A stretch of 64,000 nucleotides of DNA from contig NC_092678.1 in NCBI RefSeq assembly GCF_964355755.1, positions 10,352,352-10,416,351 of the forward strand, given 5' to 3'. The position numbers were made by a program, and so were the translations under genes. Below the pieces are notes generated by a model. It had not been told where the DNA came from. It did no database searches and worked only from the letters and a program-made list of their open reading frames with translations. This DNA is from Antedon mediterranea (taxonomy: Eukaryota > Animalia > Echinodermata). Positions 40,301-53,240 of this stretch are shown piece by piece. Numbering within the stretch: position 1 is the stretch's first letter; each line of letters begins with the position of its first letter.

Positions 40301-41159
40301 CTAAAACGTCTCCAAATGCGAGTTGAAGCTATTCTGTACACTTTGATGTTTTGTGTGAAAAAGTTTTGTCGAAATGCTCAAAATGGTCTAAAACGTTTTT
40401 AAAACGATATTAAGCTATTTTGTGCTCTTTGATGTTTTTGTGTAACCAAGTTTTTTCGAAAATCACAAAATGGTCTAAAACGTCTCCAAATGCGATTTGA
40501 AGCTTTTCTAAGCACTTTGGTGTTTTTATGTTAACAAGTTTTTTCGCAAATCACAAAATGGTCTAAAACGTCTCCAAATGCGATTTGAAGATATTCTGAG
40601 CACATTGGTGTTTTTATGTTAAAAAAGTTTTTTCGAAAATCACAAAATGGTCTAAAACGTTTCCAAATGCGATTTGAAGCTCTTCTGTACACTTTGATGT
40701 TTTGTGTGAAAAAGTTTTTTCGAAATGCTCAAAATGGTCTAAAACGTTTTTAAATACGATATTAAGCTGTTTTGTGCACTTTGATGGTTTGTGTGAAAAG
40801 TTTTAACGAAATGCTCAAAATGGTCAAAAACGGTTTCTAATGTGATTTTAAGCACTTTGATGTTTTTGTGTAACCAAGTTTTTTCGAAAATCACAAATTG
40901 GTCTAAAACGTCTCCAAATGCGATTTGAAGCTTTTCTAAACACTTTGGTGCTTTTATGTTAACAAGTTTTTTCGAAAATCACAAAATGGTCTAAAACGTC
41001 TCCAAATGCGATTTGAAGCTTTTCTAAACACTTTGGTGTTTTTATGTTAACAAGTTTTTTCGAAAATCACAAAATGGTCTAAAACGTCTTCAAATGCGAT
41101 TTGAAGATATTCTGAGCACTTTGGTGTTTTTCTGTTAAAAAGTTTTTTCGAAAATCACA

Positions 41160-41335
41160 AAATGGTCTAAAACGTCTCCAAATGCGATTTGAAGCTCTTC
41201 TGTACACTTTGATGTTTTGTGTGAAAAAGTTTTTTCGAAAATCACAAAATGGTCTAAAACGTCTCCAAATGCGATTTGAAGCTCTTCTGTACACTTTGAT
41301 GTTTTGTGTGAAAAAGTTTTCTCGAAATGCTCAAA
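41160..41335. repeat. Single-monomer (87 bp) tandem expansion of a C-type unit
   Basis: GAAGCTCTTCTGTACAC occurs twice 87 bp apart (41191, 41278), where the sister blocks at about 11527, 54772 and 63922 have one copy. Confidence 0.88.
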
Positions 41336-44300
41336 ATGGTCTAAAACGTTTTCCAATACCATATTAAGCTATTTTGTGCAATTTGATGTTTTTAAGTAAC
41401 CAAGTTTTTTGAAATGCGATTTGAAGATATTCTGAGCACTTTGGTGTTTTTATGTTAAAAAGTTTTTTCGAAAATCACAAAATGGTCTAAAACGTCTCCA
41501 AATGCGATTTGAAGATATTCTGAGCACTTTGGTGTTTTTATGTTAAAAAGTTTTTTCGAAAATCACAAAATGGTCTAAAACGTCTCCAAATGCGATTTGA
41601 AGCTATTCTGTACACTTTGATGTTTTGTGTGAAAAAGTTTTGTCGAAATGCTCAAAATGGTCTAAAACGTTTTTAAAACGATATTAAGCTATTTTGTGCT
41701 CTTTGATGTTTTTGTGTAACCAAGTTTTTTCGAAAATCACAAAATGGTCTAAAACGTCTCCAAATGCGATTTGAAGCTTTTCTAAGCACTTTGGTGTTTT
41801 TATGTTAACAAGTTTTTTCGAAAATCACAAAATGGTCTAAAACGTCTCAAAATGCGATTTGAAGGTATTCTGAGCACTTTGGTGTTTTTGTGTGAAAAGT
41901 TTTAACGAAATGCTCAAAATGGTCTAAAACGGTTTCTAATGTGATTTTAAGCACTTTGATGTTTTTGTGTAACCAAGTTTTTTCGAAAATCACAAAATGG
42001 TCTAAAACGTCTCCAAATGCGATTTGAAGCTATTCTGTACACTTTGATGTTTTGTGTGAAAAAAGTTTTGTCGAAATGCTCAAAATGGTCTAAAACGTTT
42101 TTAAAACGATATTGAGCTATTTTGTGCTCTTTGATGTTTTTGTGTAACCAAGTTTTATCGAAATGAACAAAATGGTCTAAAACGTCTCCAAATGCGATTT
42201 GAAGCTTTTCCAAGCACTTTGCTGTTTTTATATTAAGTTTTTTCGAAAATCACAAAATGGTCTAAAACGTCTCTAAATGCGATTTGAAGGTATTCTGAGC
42301 AATTTGGTGTTTTTGTGTGAAAAGTTTTAACGAAATGCTCAAAATTGTCTAAAACGGTTTCTAATGTGATTTTAAGCACTTTGATGTTTTTGTAAAACCA
42401 AGTTTCATCGAAATGCACAAAATGGTCTAAAACGTCTCCAAATGCGATTTGAAGCTATTCTGTACACTTTGATGTTTTGTGTGAAAAAAGTTTTGTCGAA
42501 ATGCTCAAAATGGTCTAAAACGTTTTTAAAACGATATTAAGCTATTTTGTGCTCTTTGATGTTTTTGTGTAACCAAGTTTTATCGAAATGAACAAAATGG
42601 TCTAAAACGTCTCCAAATGCGATTTGAAGCTTTTCCAAGCACTTTGCTGTTTTTATGTTAACAGGTTTTTTCGAAAATCACAAAATGGTCTAAAACGTCT
42701 CAAAATGCGATTTGAAGGTATTCTGAGCACTTTGGTGTTTTTGTGTGAAAAGTTTTAACGAAATGCTCAAAATTGTCTAAAACGGTTTCTAATGTGATTT
42801 TAAGCACTTTGATGTTTTTGTAAAACCAAGTTTCATCGAAATGCACAAAATGGTCTAAAATGTCTCCAAATGCGATTTGAAGCTTTTCCAAGCACTTTGC
42901 TGTTTTTATGTTAACAAGCTTTTTCGAAAATCACAAAATGGTCTAAAACGTCTCCAAATGTGATTTGAAGATATTCTGAGCACTTTGGTGTTTTTATGTT
43001 AAAAAGTTTTTTCGATAATCACAAAATGGTCTAAAACGTCTCCAAATGCGATTTGAAGATATTCTGAGCACTTTGGTGTTTTTATGTTAAAAAGTTTTTT
43101 CGAAAATCACAAAATGGTCTAAAACGTCTCCAAATGCGATTTGAAGCTATTCTGTACACTTTGATGTTTTGTGTGAAAAAGTTTTGTCGAAATGCTCAAA
43201 ATGGTTTAAAACGTTTTTAAAACGATATTAAGCTATTTTGTGCTCTTTGATGTTTTTGTATAACCAAGTTTCATCGAAATGCACAAAATGGTCTAAAACG
43301 TCTCCAAATACGATTTGAAGCTTTTCCAAGCACTTTGCTGTTTTTATGTTAACAAGTTTTTTCGAAAATCACAAAATTGTCTAAAACGTCTCAAAATGCG
43401 ATTTGAAGGTATTCTGAGCACTTTGGTGTTTTTGTGTGAAAAGTTTTAACGAAAAGCTCAAAATGGTCTAAAACGGTTCTAATGTGATTTTAAGCACTTT
43501 GATGTTTTTGTACAACCAAGTTTCATCGAAATGCTCAAAATGGTCTAAAACGTTTTTAAAACGATATTAAGCTATTTTGTGCTCTTTGATGTTTTTGTGT
43601 AACCAAGTTTTTTTCGAAAATCACAAAATGGTCTAAAACGTCTCCAAATGCGATTTGAAGCTTTTCTAAGCACTTTGGTGTTTTTATGTTAACAAGTTTT
43701 TTCGAAAATCGCAAAATGGTCTAAAACGTCTCAAAATGCGATTTGAAGGTATTCTGAGCACTTTGGTGTTTTTGTGTGAAAAGTTTTAACGAAATGCTCA
43801 AAATGGTCTAAAACGGTTTCTAATGTGATTTTAACCACTTTGATGTTTTTGTGTAACCAAGTTCTTTTCGAAAATCACAAAATGGTCTAAAACGTCTCCA
43901 AATGCGATTTGAAGCTTTTCTAAGCACTTTGGTGTTTTTATGTTAACAAGTTTTTTCGAAAATCACAAAATGGTCTAAAACGTCTCAAAATGCGATTTGA
44001 AGGTATTCTGAGCACTTTGGTGTTTTTGTGTGAAAAGTTTTAACGAAATGCTCAAAATGGTCTAAAACGGTTTCTAATGTGATTTTAACCACTTTGATGT
44101 TTTTGTGTAACCAAGTTTTTTCGAAAATCACAAAATGGTCTAAAACGTCTCCAAATGCGATTTGAAGCTTTTCCAAGCACTTTGCTGTTTTTATGTTAAC
44201 AAGTTTTTTCGAAAATCACAAAATGGTCTAAAACGTCTCCAAATGCGATTTCAAGGTATTCTGAGCACTTTGGTGTTTTTGTGTGAAAGGTTTTAACGAA

Positions 44301-45694
44301 ATGCTCAAAATGGTCTAAAACGGTTTCTAATGTGATTTTAAGCACTTTGATGTTTTTGTATAACCAAGTTTCATCGAAATGCACAAAATGGTCTAAAACG
44401 TCTCCAAATGCGATTTGAAGCTTTTCTAAGCACTTTGCTGTTTTTATGTTAAAAAGTTTTTTCGAAAATCACAAAATGGTCTAAAACGTCTCCAAATGCG
44501 ATTTGAAGATATTCTGAGCACTTTGGTGTTTTTATGTTAAAAAGTTTTTTCGAAAATCACAAAATGGTCTAAAACGTCTCCAAATGCGATTTGAAGATAT
44601 TCTGAGCACTTTGGTGTTTTTATGTTAAAAAGTTTTTTCGAAAATCACAAAATGGTCTAAAACGTCTCCAAATGCGATTTGAAGCTATTCTGTACACTTT
44701 GATGTTTTGTGTGAAAAAGTTTTGTCGAAATGCTCAAAATGGTCTAAAACGTTTTTAAAACGATATTAAGCTATTTTGTGCTCTTTGATGTTTTTGTGTA
44801 ACCAAGTTTTATCGAAATGAACAAAATGGTCTAAAACGTCTCCAAATGCGATTTGAAGCTTTTCTAAGCACTTTGCTGTTTTTATGTTAACAAGTTTTTT
44901 CGAAAATCACAAAATGGTCTAAAACGTCTCCAAATGCGATTTGAAGATATTCTGAGCACTTTGGTGTTTTTATGTTAAAAAGTTTTTTCGAAAATCACAA
45001 AATGGTCTAAAACGTCTCCAAATGCGATTTGAAGCTATTCTATACACTTTGATGTTTTGTGTTAAAAAGTTTTGTCGAAATGCTCAAAATGGTTTAAAAC
45101 GTTTTTAAAACGATATTAAGCTATTTTGTGCTCTTTGATGTTTTTGTGTAACCAAGTTTCATCGAAATGCGATTTGAAGCTTTTCCAAGCACTTTGCTGT
45201 TTTTATGTTAACAAGCTTTTTCGAAAATCACAAAATGGTCTAAAACGTCTCCAAATGCGATTTGAAGATATTCTGAGCACTTTGGTGTTTTTATGTTAAA
45301 AAGTTTTTTCGAAAATCACAAAATGGTCTAAAACGTCTCCAAATGCGATTTGAAGATATTCTAAGCACTTTGGTGTTTTTATGTTAACAAGTTTTTTCGA
45401 AAATCACAAAATGGTCTAAAACGTCTCCAAATGCGATTTGAAGATATTCTGAGCACTTTGGTGTTTTTCTGTTAAAAAGTATTTTCGAAAATCACAAAAT
45501 GGTCTAAAACGTCTCCAAATGCAATTTGAAGCTATTCTGTACACTTTGATGTTTTGTGTGAAAAAGTTTTGTCAAAATGCTCAAAATGGTCTAAAACGTT
45601 TTTAAAACGATATTAAGCTATTTTGTGCTCTTTGATGTTTTTGTATAACCAAGTTTTTTCGAAAATCACAACATGGTCTAAAACGTCTCCAAAT

Positions 45695-48600
45695 GCGATT
45701 TGAAGCTTTTCTAAACACTTTGGTGTTTTTATGTTAACAAGTTTTTTCGAAAATCACAAAATGGTCTAAAACGTCTCCAAATCCGATTTGAAGCTATTCT
45801 GTACACTTTGATGTTTTGTGTGAAAAAGTTTTGTCGAAATGCTCAAAATGGTCTAAAACGTTTTTAAAACGATATTAAGCTATTTTGTGCTCTTTGATGT
45901 TTTTGTGTAACCAAGTTTCATCGATATGAACAAAATGGTCTAAAACGTCTCAAAATGCGATTTGAAGGTATTCTGAGCACTTTGGTGTTTTTGGGTGAAA
46001 AGTTTTAACGAAATGCTCAAAATGGTCTAAAACGGTTTCTAATGTGATTTTAAGCACTTTGAAGTATTTGTAAAAACAAGTTTCATCGAAATGCACAAAA
46101 TAGTCTAAAACGTCTCCAAATGCGATTTGAAGCTTTTCTAAGCACTTTGGTGTTTTTATGTTAACAAGTTTTTTCGAAAATCACAAAATGGTCTAAAACG
46201 TCTCCAAATGCGATTTGAAGATATTCTGAGCACTTTGGTGTTTTTATGTTAAAAAGTATTTTCGAAAATCACAAAATGGTCTAAAACGTCTCCAAATGCG
46301 ATTTGAAGCTCTTCTGTACACTTTGATGTTTTGTGTGAAAAAGTTTAGTCGAAATGCTCAAAATGGTCTAAAACGTTTTTAAAACGATATTAAGCTATTT
46401 TGTGCTCTTTGATGTTTTTGTGTAACCAAGTTTCATCGAAAATCACAAAATGGTCTAAAACGTCTCCAAATGCGATTTGAAGCTTTTCCAAGCACTTTGC
46501 TGTTTTTATGTTAACAAGTTTTTTCGAAAATCACAAAATGGTCTAAAACGTCTCAAAATACGATATTAAGCTGTTTTGTGCACTTTGATGATTTGTGTGA
46601 AAAGTTTTAACGAAATGCTCAAAATGGTCTAAAACGGTTTCTAATGTGATTTTAAGCACTTTGATGTTTTTATGTAGCCAAGTTTTTTCGAAAATCACAA
46701 AATGGTCAAAAACGTCTCCAAATGCGATTTGAAGCTTTTCTAAGCACTTTGGTGTTTTTATGTTAACAAGTTTTTTCGAAAATCACAAAATGGTCTAAAA
46801 CGTCTCCAAATGCAATTTGAAGCTATTCTGTACACTTTGATGTTTTGTGTGAAAAAGTTTTGTCAAAATGCTCAAAATGGTCTAAAACGTTTTTAAAACG
46901 ATATTAAGCTATTTTGTGCTCTTTGATGTTTTTGTATAACCAAGTTTTTTCGAAAATCACAAAATGGTCTAAAACGTCTCCAAATGCGATTTGAAGCTTT
47001 TCTAAACACTTTGGTGTTTTTATGTTAACAAGTTTTTTCGAAAATCACAAAATGGTCTAAAACGTCTCCAAATCCGATTTGAAGCTATTCTGTACACTTT
47101 GATGTTTTGTGTGAAAAAGTTTTGTCGAAATGCTCAAAATGGTCTAAAACGTTTTTAAAACGATATTAAGCTATTTTGTGCTCTTTGATGTTTTTGTGTA
47201 ACCAAGTTTCATCGATATGAACAAAATGGTCTAAAACGTCTCAAAATGCGATTTGAAGGTATTCTGAGCACTTTGGTGTTTTTGGGTGAAAAGTTTTAAC
47301 GAAATGCTCAAAATGGTCTAAAACGGTTTCTAATGTGATTTTAAGCACTTTGAAGTATTTGTAAAAACAAGTTTCATCGAAATGCACAAAATAGTCTAAA
47401 ACGTCTTCAAATGCGATTTGAAGCTTTTCTAAGCACTTTGGTGTTTTTATGTTAACAAGTTTTTTCGAAAATCACAAAATGGTCTAAAACGTCTCCAAAT
47501 GCGATTTGAAGATATTCTGAGCACTTTGGTGTTTTTATGTTAAAAAGTATTTTCGAAAATCACAAAATGGTCTAAAACGTCTCCAAATGCGATTTGAAGC
47601 TCTTCTGTACACTTTGATGTTTTGTGTGAAAAAGTTTAGTCGAAATGCTCAAAATGGTCTATAACGTTTTTAAAACGATATTAAGCTATTTTGTGCTCTT
47701 TGATGTTTTTGTGTAACCAAGTTTCATCGAAAATCACAAAATGGTCTAAAACGTCTCCAAATGCGATTTGAAGATATTCTGAGCACTTTGGTGTTTTTAT
47801 GTTAACAAGTTTTTTCGAAAATCACAAAATGGTCTAAAACGTCTCCAAATGCGATTTGAAGATATTCTGAGCACTTTGGTGTTTTTATGTTAAAAAGTTT
47901 TTTCGAAAATCACAAAATGGTCTAAAACGTCTCCAAATGCGATTTGAAGCTATTCTATACACTTTGATGTTTTGTGTTAAAAAGTTTTGTCGAAATGCTC
48001 AAAATGGTTTAAAACGTTTTTAAAACGATATTAAGCTATTTTGTGCTCTTTGATGTTTTTGTGTAACCAAGTTTCATCGAAATGAACAAAATGGTCTAAA
48101 ACGTCTCCAAATGCGATTTGAAGCTTTTCCAAGCACTTTGCTGTTTTTATGTTAACAAGTTTTTTCGAAAATCACAAAATTGTCTAAAACGTCTCAAAAT
48201 GCGATTTGAAGGTATTCTGAGCACTTTGGTGTTTTTGTGTGAAAAGTTTTAACGAAAAGCTCAAAATGGTCTAAAACGGTTCTAATGTGATTTTAAGCAC
48301 TTTGATGTTTTTGTACAACCAAGTTTCATGGAAATGCTCAAAATGGTCTAAAACGTTTTTAAAACGATATTAAGCTATTTTGTGCTCTTTGATGTTTTTG
48401 TGTAACCAAGTTTTTTCGAAAATCACAAAATGGTCTAAAACGTCTCCAAATGCGATTTGAAGCTTTTCTAAGCACTTTGGTGTTTTTATGTTAACAAGTT
48501 TTTTCGAAAATCACAAAATGGTCTAAAACGTCTCCAAATGCGATTTGAAGATATTCTGAGCACTTTGGTGTTTTTCTGTTAAAAAGTATTTTCGAAAATC

Positions 48601-49540
48601 ACAAAATGGTCTAAAACGTCTCCAAATGCAATTTGAAGCTATTCTGTACACTTTGATGTTTTGTGTGAAAAAGTTTTGTCAAAATGCTCAAAATGGTCTA
48701 AAACGTTTTTAAAACGATATTAAGCTATTTTGTGCTCTTTGATGTTTTTGTATAACCAAGTTTTTTCGAAAATCACAAAATGGTCTAAAACGTCTCCAAA
48801 TGCGATTTGAAGCTTTTCTAAACACTTTGGTGTTTTTATGTTAACAAGTTTTTTCGAAAATCACAAAATGGTCTAAAACGTCTCCAAATCCGATTTGAAG
48901 CTATTCTGTACACTTTGATGTTTTGTGTGAAAAAGTTTTGTCGAAATGCTCAAAATGGTCTAAAACGTTTTTAAAACGATATTAAGCTATTTTGTGCTCT
49001 TTGATGTTTTTGTGTAACCAAGTTTCATCGATATGAACAAAATGGTCTAAAACGTCTCAAAATGCGATTTGAAGGTATTCTGAGCACTTTGGTGTTTTTG
49101 GGTGAAAAGTTTTAACGAAATGCTCAAAATGGTCTAAAACGGTTTCTAATGTGATTTTAAGCACTTTGAAGTATTTGTAAAAACAAGTTTCATCGAAATG
49201 CACAAAATAGTCTAAAACGTCTCCAAATGCGATTTGAAGCTTTTCTAAGCACTTTGGTGTTTTTATGTTAACAAGTTTTTTCGAAAATCACAAAATGGTC
49301 TAAAACGTCTCCAAATGCGATTTGAAGATATTCTGAGCACTTTGGTGTTTTTATGTTAAAAAGTATTTTCGAAAATCACAAAATGGTCTAAAACGTCTCC
49401 AAATGCGATTTGAAGCTCTTCTGTACACTTTGATGTTTTGTGTGAAAAAGTTTAGTCGAAATGCTCAAAATGGTCTAAAACGTTTTTAAAACGATATTAA
49501 GCTATTTTGTGCTCTTTGATGTTTTTGTGTAACCAAGTTT
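45695..49540. repeat. Dispersed copy of about 1640-5490 (offset 44,055)
   Basis: Shared variants at 2501/46556, 3351/47406 and 3601/47656; GGGTG markers at 1938/45993, 3229/47284 and 5045/49100. Confidence 0.88.
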
Positions 49541-49999
49541 CATCGAAAATCACAAAATGGTCTAAAACGTCTCCAAATGCGATTTGAAGCTTTTCCAAGC
49601 ACTTTGCTGTTTTTATGTTAACAAGTTTTTTCGAAAATCACAAAATGGTCTAAAACGTCTCAAAATACGATATTAAGCTGTTTTGTGCACTTTGATGATT
49701 TGTGTGAAAAGTTTTAACGAAATGCTCAAAATGGTCTAAAACGGTTTCTAATGTGATTTTAAGCACTTTGATGTTTTTATGTAGCCAAGTTTTTTCGAAA
49801 ATCACAAAATGGTCAAAAACGTCTCCAAATGCGATTTGAAGCTTTTCTAAGCACTTTGGTGTTTTTATGTTAACAAGTTTTTTCGAAAATCACAAAATGG
49901 TCTAAAACGTCTTCAAATGCGATTTGAAGATATTCTGAGCACTTTGGTGTTTTTCTGTTAAAAAGTATTTTCGAAAATCACAAAAGGGTCTATAACGTC

Positions 50000-52900
50000 T
50001 CCAAATGCGATTTGAAGCTATTCTAGACACTTTGATGTTTTGTGTGAAAAATTTTCTCGAAATGCTCAAAATGGTCTAAAACGTTTTCCAATACCATTAT
50101 TAAGCTATTTTGTGCAATTTGATGTTTTTGTGTAACCAAGTTTTTTGAAATGCGATTTGAAGATATTCTGAGGACTTTGGTGTTTTTATGTTAAAAAGTT
50201 TTTTCGAAAATCACAAAATGGTCTAAAACGTCTCCAAATGCGATTTGAAGATATTCTGAGCACTTTGGTGTTTTTATGTTAAAAAGTTTTTTGGAAAATC
50301 ACAAAATGGTCTAAAACGACTCCAAATGCGATTTGAAGCTATCCTGTACACTTTGATGTTTTGTGTGAAAAAGTTTTGTCGAAATGCTCAAAATGATCTA
50401 AAACGTTTTTAAAACGATATTAAGCTATTTTGTGCTCTTTGATGTTTTTGTGTATCCAAGTTTCATCGAAATGAACAAAATGGTCTAAAACGTTTTTAAA
50501 TACCATATTAAGCTGTTTTGTGCACTTTGATGATTTGTGTGAAAAGTTTTAAGGAAATGCTCAAAATAGTCTAAAACGGTTTCTAATGTGATTTTAAGCA
50601 CTTTGATGTTTTTGTGTAACCAAGTTTTATCGAAATGAACAAAATGGTCTAAAACGTCTCCAAATGCGATTTGAAGCTTTTCCAAGCACTTTGCTGTTTT
50701 TATATTAAGTTTTTTCGAAAATCACAAAATGGTCTAAAACGTCTCTAAATGCGATTTGAAGGTATTCTGAGCAATTTGGTGTTTTTGTGTGAAAAGTTTT
50801 AACGAAATGCTCAAAATTGTCTAAAACGGTTTCTAATGTGATTTTAAGCACTTTGATGTTTTTGTAAAACCAAGTTTCATCGAAATGCACAAAATGGTCT
50901 AAAACGTCTCCAAATGCGATTTGAAGCTATTCTGTACACTTTGATGTTTTGTGTGAAAAAAGTTTTGTCGAAATGCTCAAAATGGTCTAAAACGTTTTTA
51001 AAACGATATTAAGCTATTTTGTGCTCTTTGATGTTTTTGTGTAACCAAGTTTTATCGAAATGAACAAAATGGTCTAAAACGTCTCCAAATGCGATTTGAA
51101 GCTTTTCCAAGCACTTTGCTGTTTTTATGTTAACAGGTTTTTTCGAAAATCACAAAATGGTCTAAAACTTCTCAAAATGCGATTTGAAGGTATTCTGAGC
51201 ACTTTGGTGTTTTTGTGTGAAAAGTTTTAACGAAATGCTCAAAATTGTCTAAAACGGTTTCTAATGTGATTTTAAGCACTTTGATGTTTTTGTAAAACCA
51301 AGTTTCATCGAAATGCACAAAATGGTCTAAAATGTCTCCAAATGCGATTTGAAGCTTTTCCAAGCACTTTGCTGTTTTTATGTTAACAAGCTTTTTCGAA
51401 AATCACAAAATGGTCTAAAACGTCTCCAAATGTGATTTGAAGATATTCTGAGCACTTTGGTATTTTTATGTTAAAAAGTTTTTTCGAAAATCACAAAATG
51501 GTCTAAAACGTCTCCAAATGCGATTTGAAGATATTCTGAGCACTTTGGTGTTTTTATGTTAAAAAGTTTTTTCGAAAATCACAAAATGGTCTAAAACGTC
51601 TCCAAATGCGATTTGAAGCTATTCTGTACACTTTGATGTTTTGTGTGAAAAAGTTTTGTCGAAATGCTCAAAATGGTTTAAAACGTTTTTAAAACGATAT
51701 TAAGCTATTTTGTGCTCTTTGATGTTTTTGTATAACCAAGTTTCATCGAAATGCACAAAATGGTCTAAAACGTCTCCAAATACGATTTGAAGCTTTTCCA
51801 AGCACTTTGCTGTTTTTATGTTAACAAGTTTTTTCGAAAATCACAAAATTGTCTAAAACGTCTCAAAATGCGATTTGAAGGTATTCTGAGCACTTTGGTG
51901 TTTTTGTGTGAAAAGTTTTAACGAAAAGCTCAAAATGGTCTAAAACGGTTCTAATGTGATTTTAAGCACTTTGATGTTTTTGTACAACCAAGTTTCATCG
52001 AAATGCTCAAAATGGTCTAAAACGTTTTTAAAACGATATTAAGCTATTTTGTGCTCTTTGATGTTTTTGTGTAACCAAGTTTTTTTCGAAAATCACAAAA
52101 TGGTCTAAAACGTCTCCAAATGCGATTTGAAGCTTTTCTAAGCACTTTGGTGTTTTTATGTTAACAAGTTTTTTCGAAAATCGCAAAATGGTCTAAAACG
52201 TCTCAAAATGCGATTTGAAGGTATTCTGAGCACTTTGGTGTTTTTGTGTGAAAAGTTTTAACGAAATGCTCAAAATGGTCTAAAACGGTTTCTAATGTGA
52301 TTTTAACCTCTTTGATGTTTTTGTGTAACCAAGTTCTTTTCGAAAATCACAAAATGGTCTAAAACGTCTCCAAATGCGATTTGAAGCTTTTCTAAGCACT
52401 TTGGTGTTTTTATGTTAACAAGTTTTTTCGAAAATCACAAAATGGTCTAAAACGTCTCAAAATGCGATTTGAAGGTATTCTGAGCACTTTGGTGTTTTTG
52501 TGTGAAAAGTTTTAACGAAATGCTCAAAATGGTCTAAAACGGTTTCTAATGTGATTTTAACCACTTTGATGTTTTTGTGTAACCAAGTTTTTTCGAAAAT
52601 CACAAAATGGTCTAAAACGTCTCCAAATGCGATTTGAAGCTTTTCTAAGCACTTTGGTGTTTTTATGTTAACAAGTTTTTTCGAAAATCACAAAATGGTC
52701 TAAAACGTCTCCAAATGCGATTTGAAGCTATTCTGTACACTTTGATGTTTTGTGTGAAAAAAGTTTTGTCGAAATGCTCAAAATGGTCTAAAACGTTTTT
52801 AAAACGATATTAAGCTATTTTGTGCTCTTTGATGTTTTTGTGTAACCAAGTTTTATCGAAATGAACAAAATGTTCTAAAACGTCTCCAAATGCGATTTGA

Positions 52901-53240
52901 AGCTTTTCCAAGCACTTTGCTGTTTTTATGTTAAGTTTTTTCGAAAATCACAAAATGGTCTAAAACGTCTCTAAATGCGATTTGAAGGTATTCTGAGCAC
53001 TTTGGTGTTTTTGTGTGAAAAGTTTTAACGAAATGCTCAAAATTGTCTAAAACGGTTTCTAATGTGATTTTAAGCACTTTGATGTTTTTGTAAAACCAAG
53101 TTTCATCGAAATGCACAAAATGGTCTAAAACGTCTCCAAATGCGATTTGAAGCTTTTCCAAGCACTTTGCTGTTTTTATGTTAACAAGCTTTTTCGAAAA
53201 TCACAAAATGGTCTAAAACGTCTCCAAATGCGATTTGAAG
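50000..53240. repeat. Dispersed block related to about 32230-35010 (offsets 17,782/17,870) and about 12390-15010 (offset 38,224)
   Basis: ORF pairs 32703/50485, 32923/50705, 33302/51172, 12481/50705, 12948/51172 and 14707/52931. The ACCATTATTAAG, ACGACTCC and GCTATCCTG variants are shared with the 32-kb block. Confidence 0.85.
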
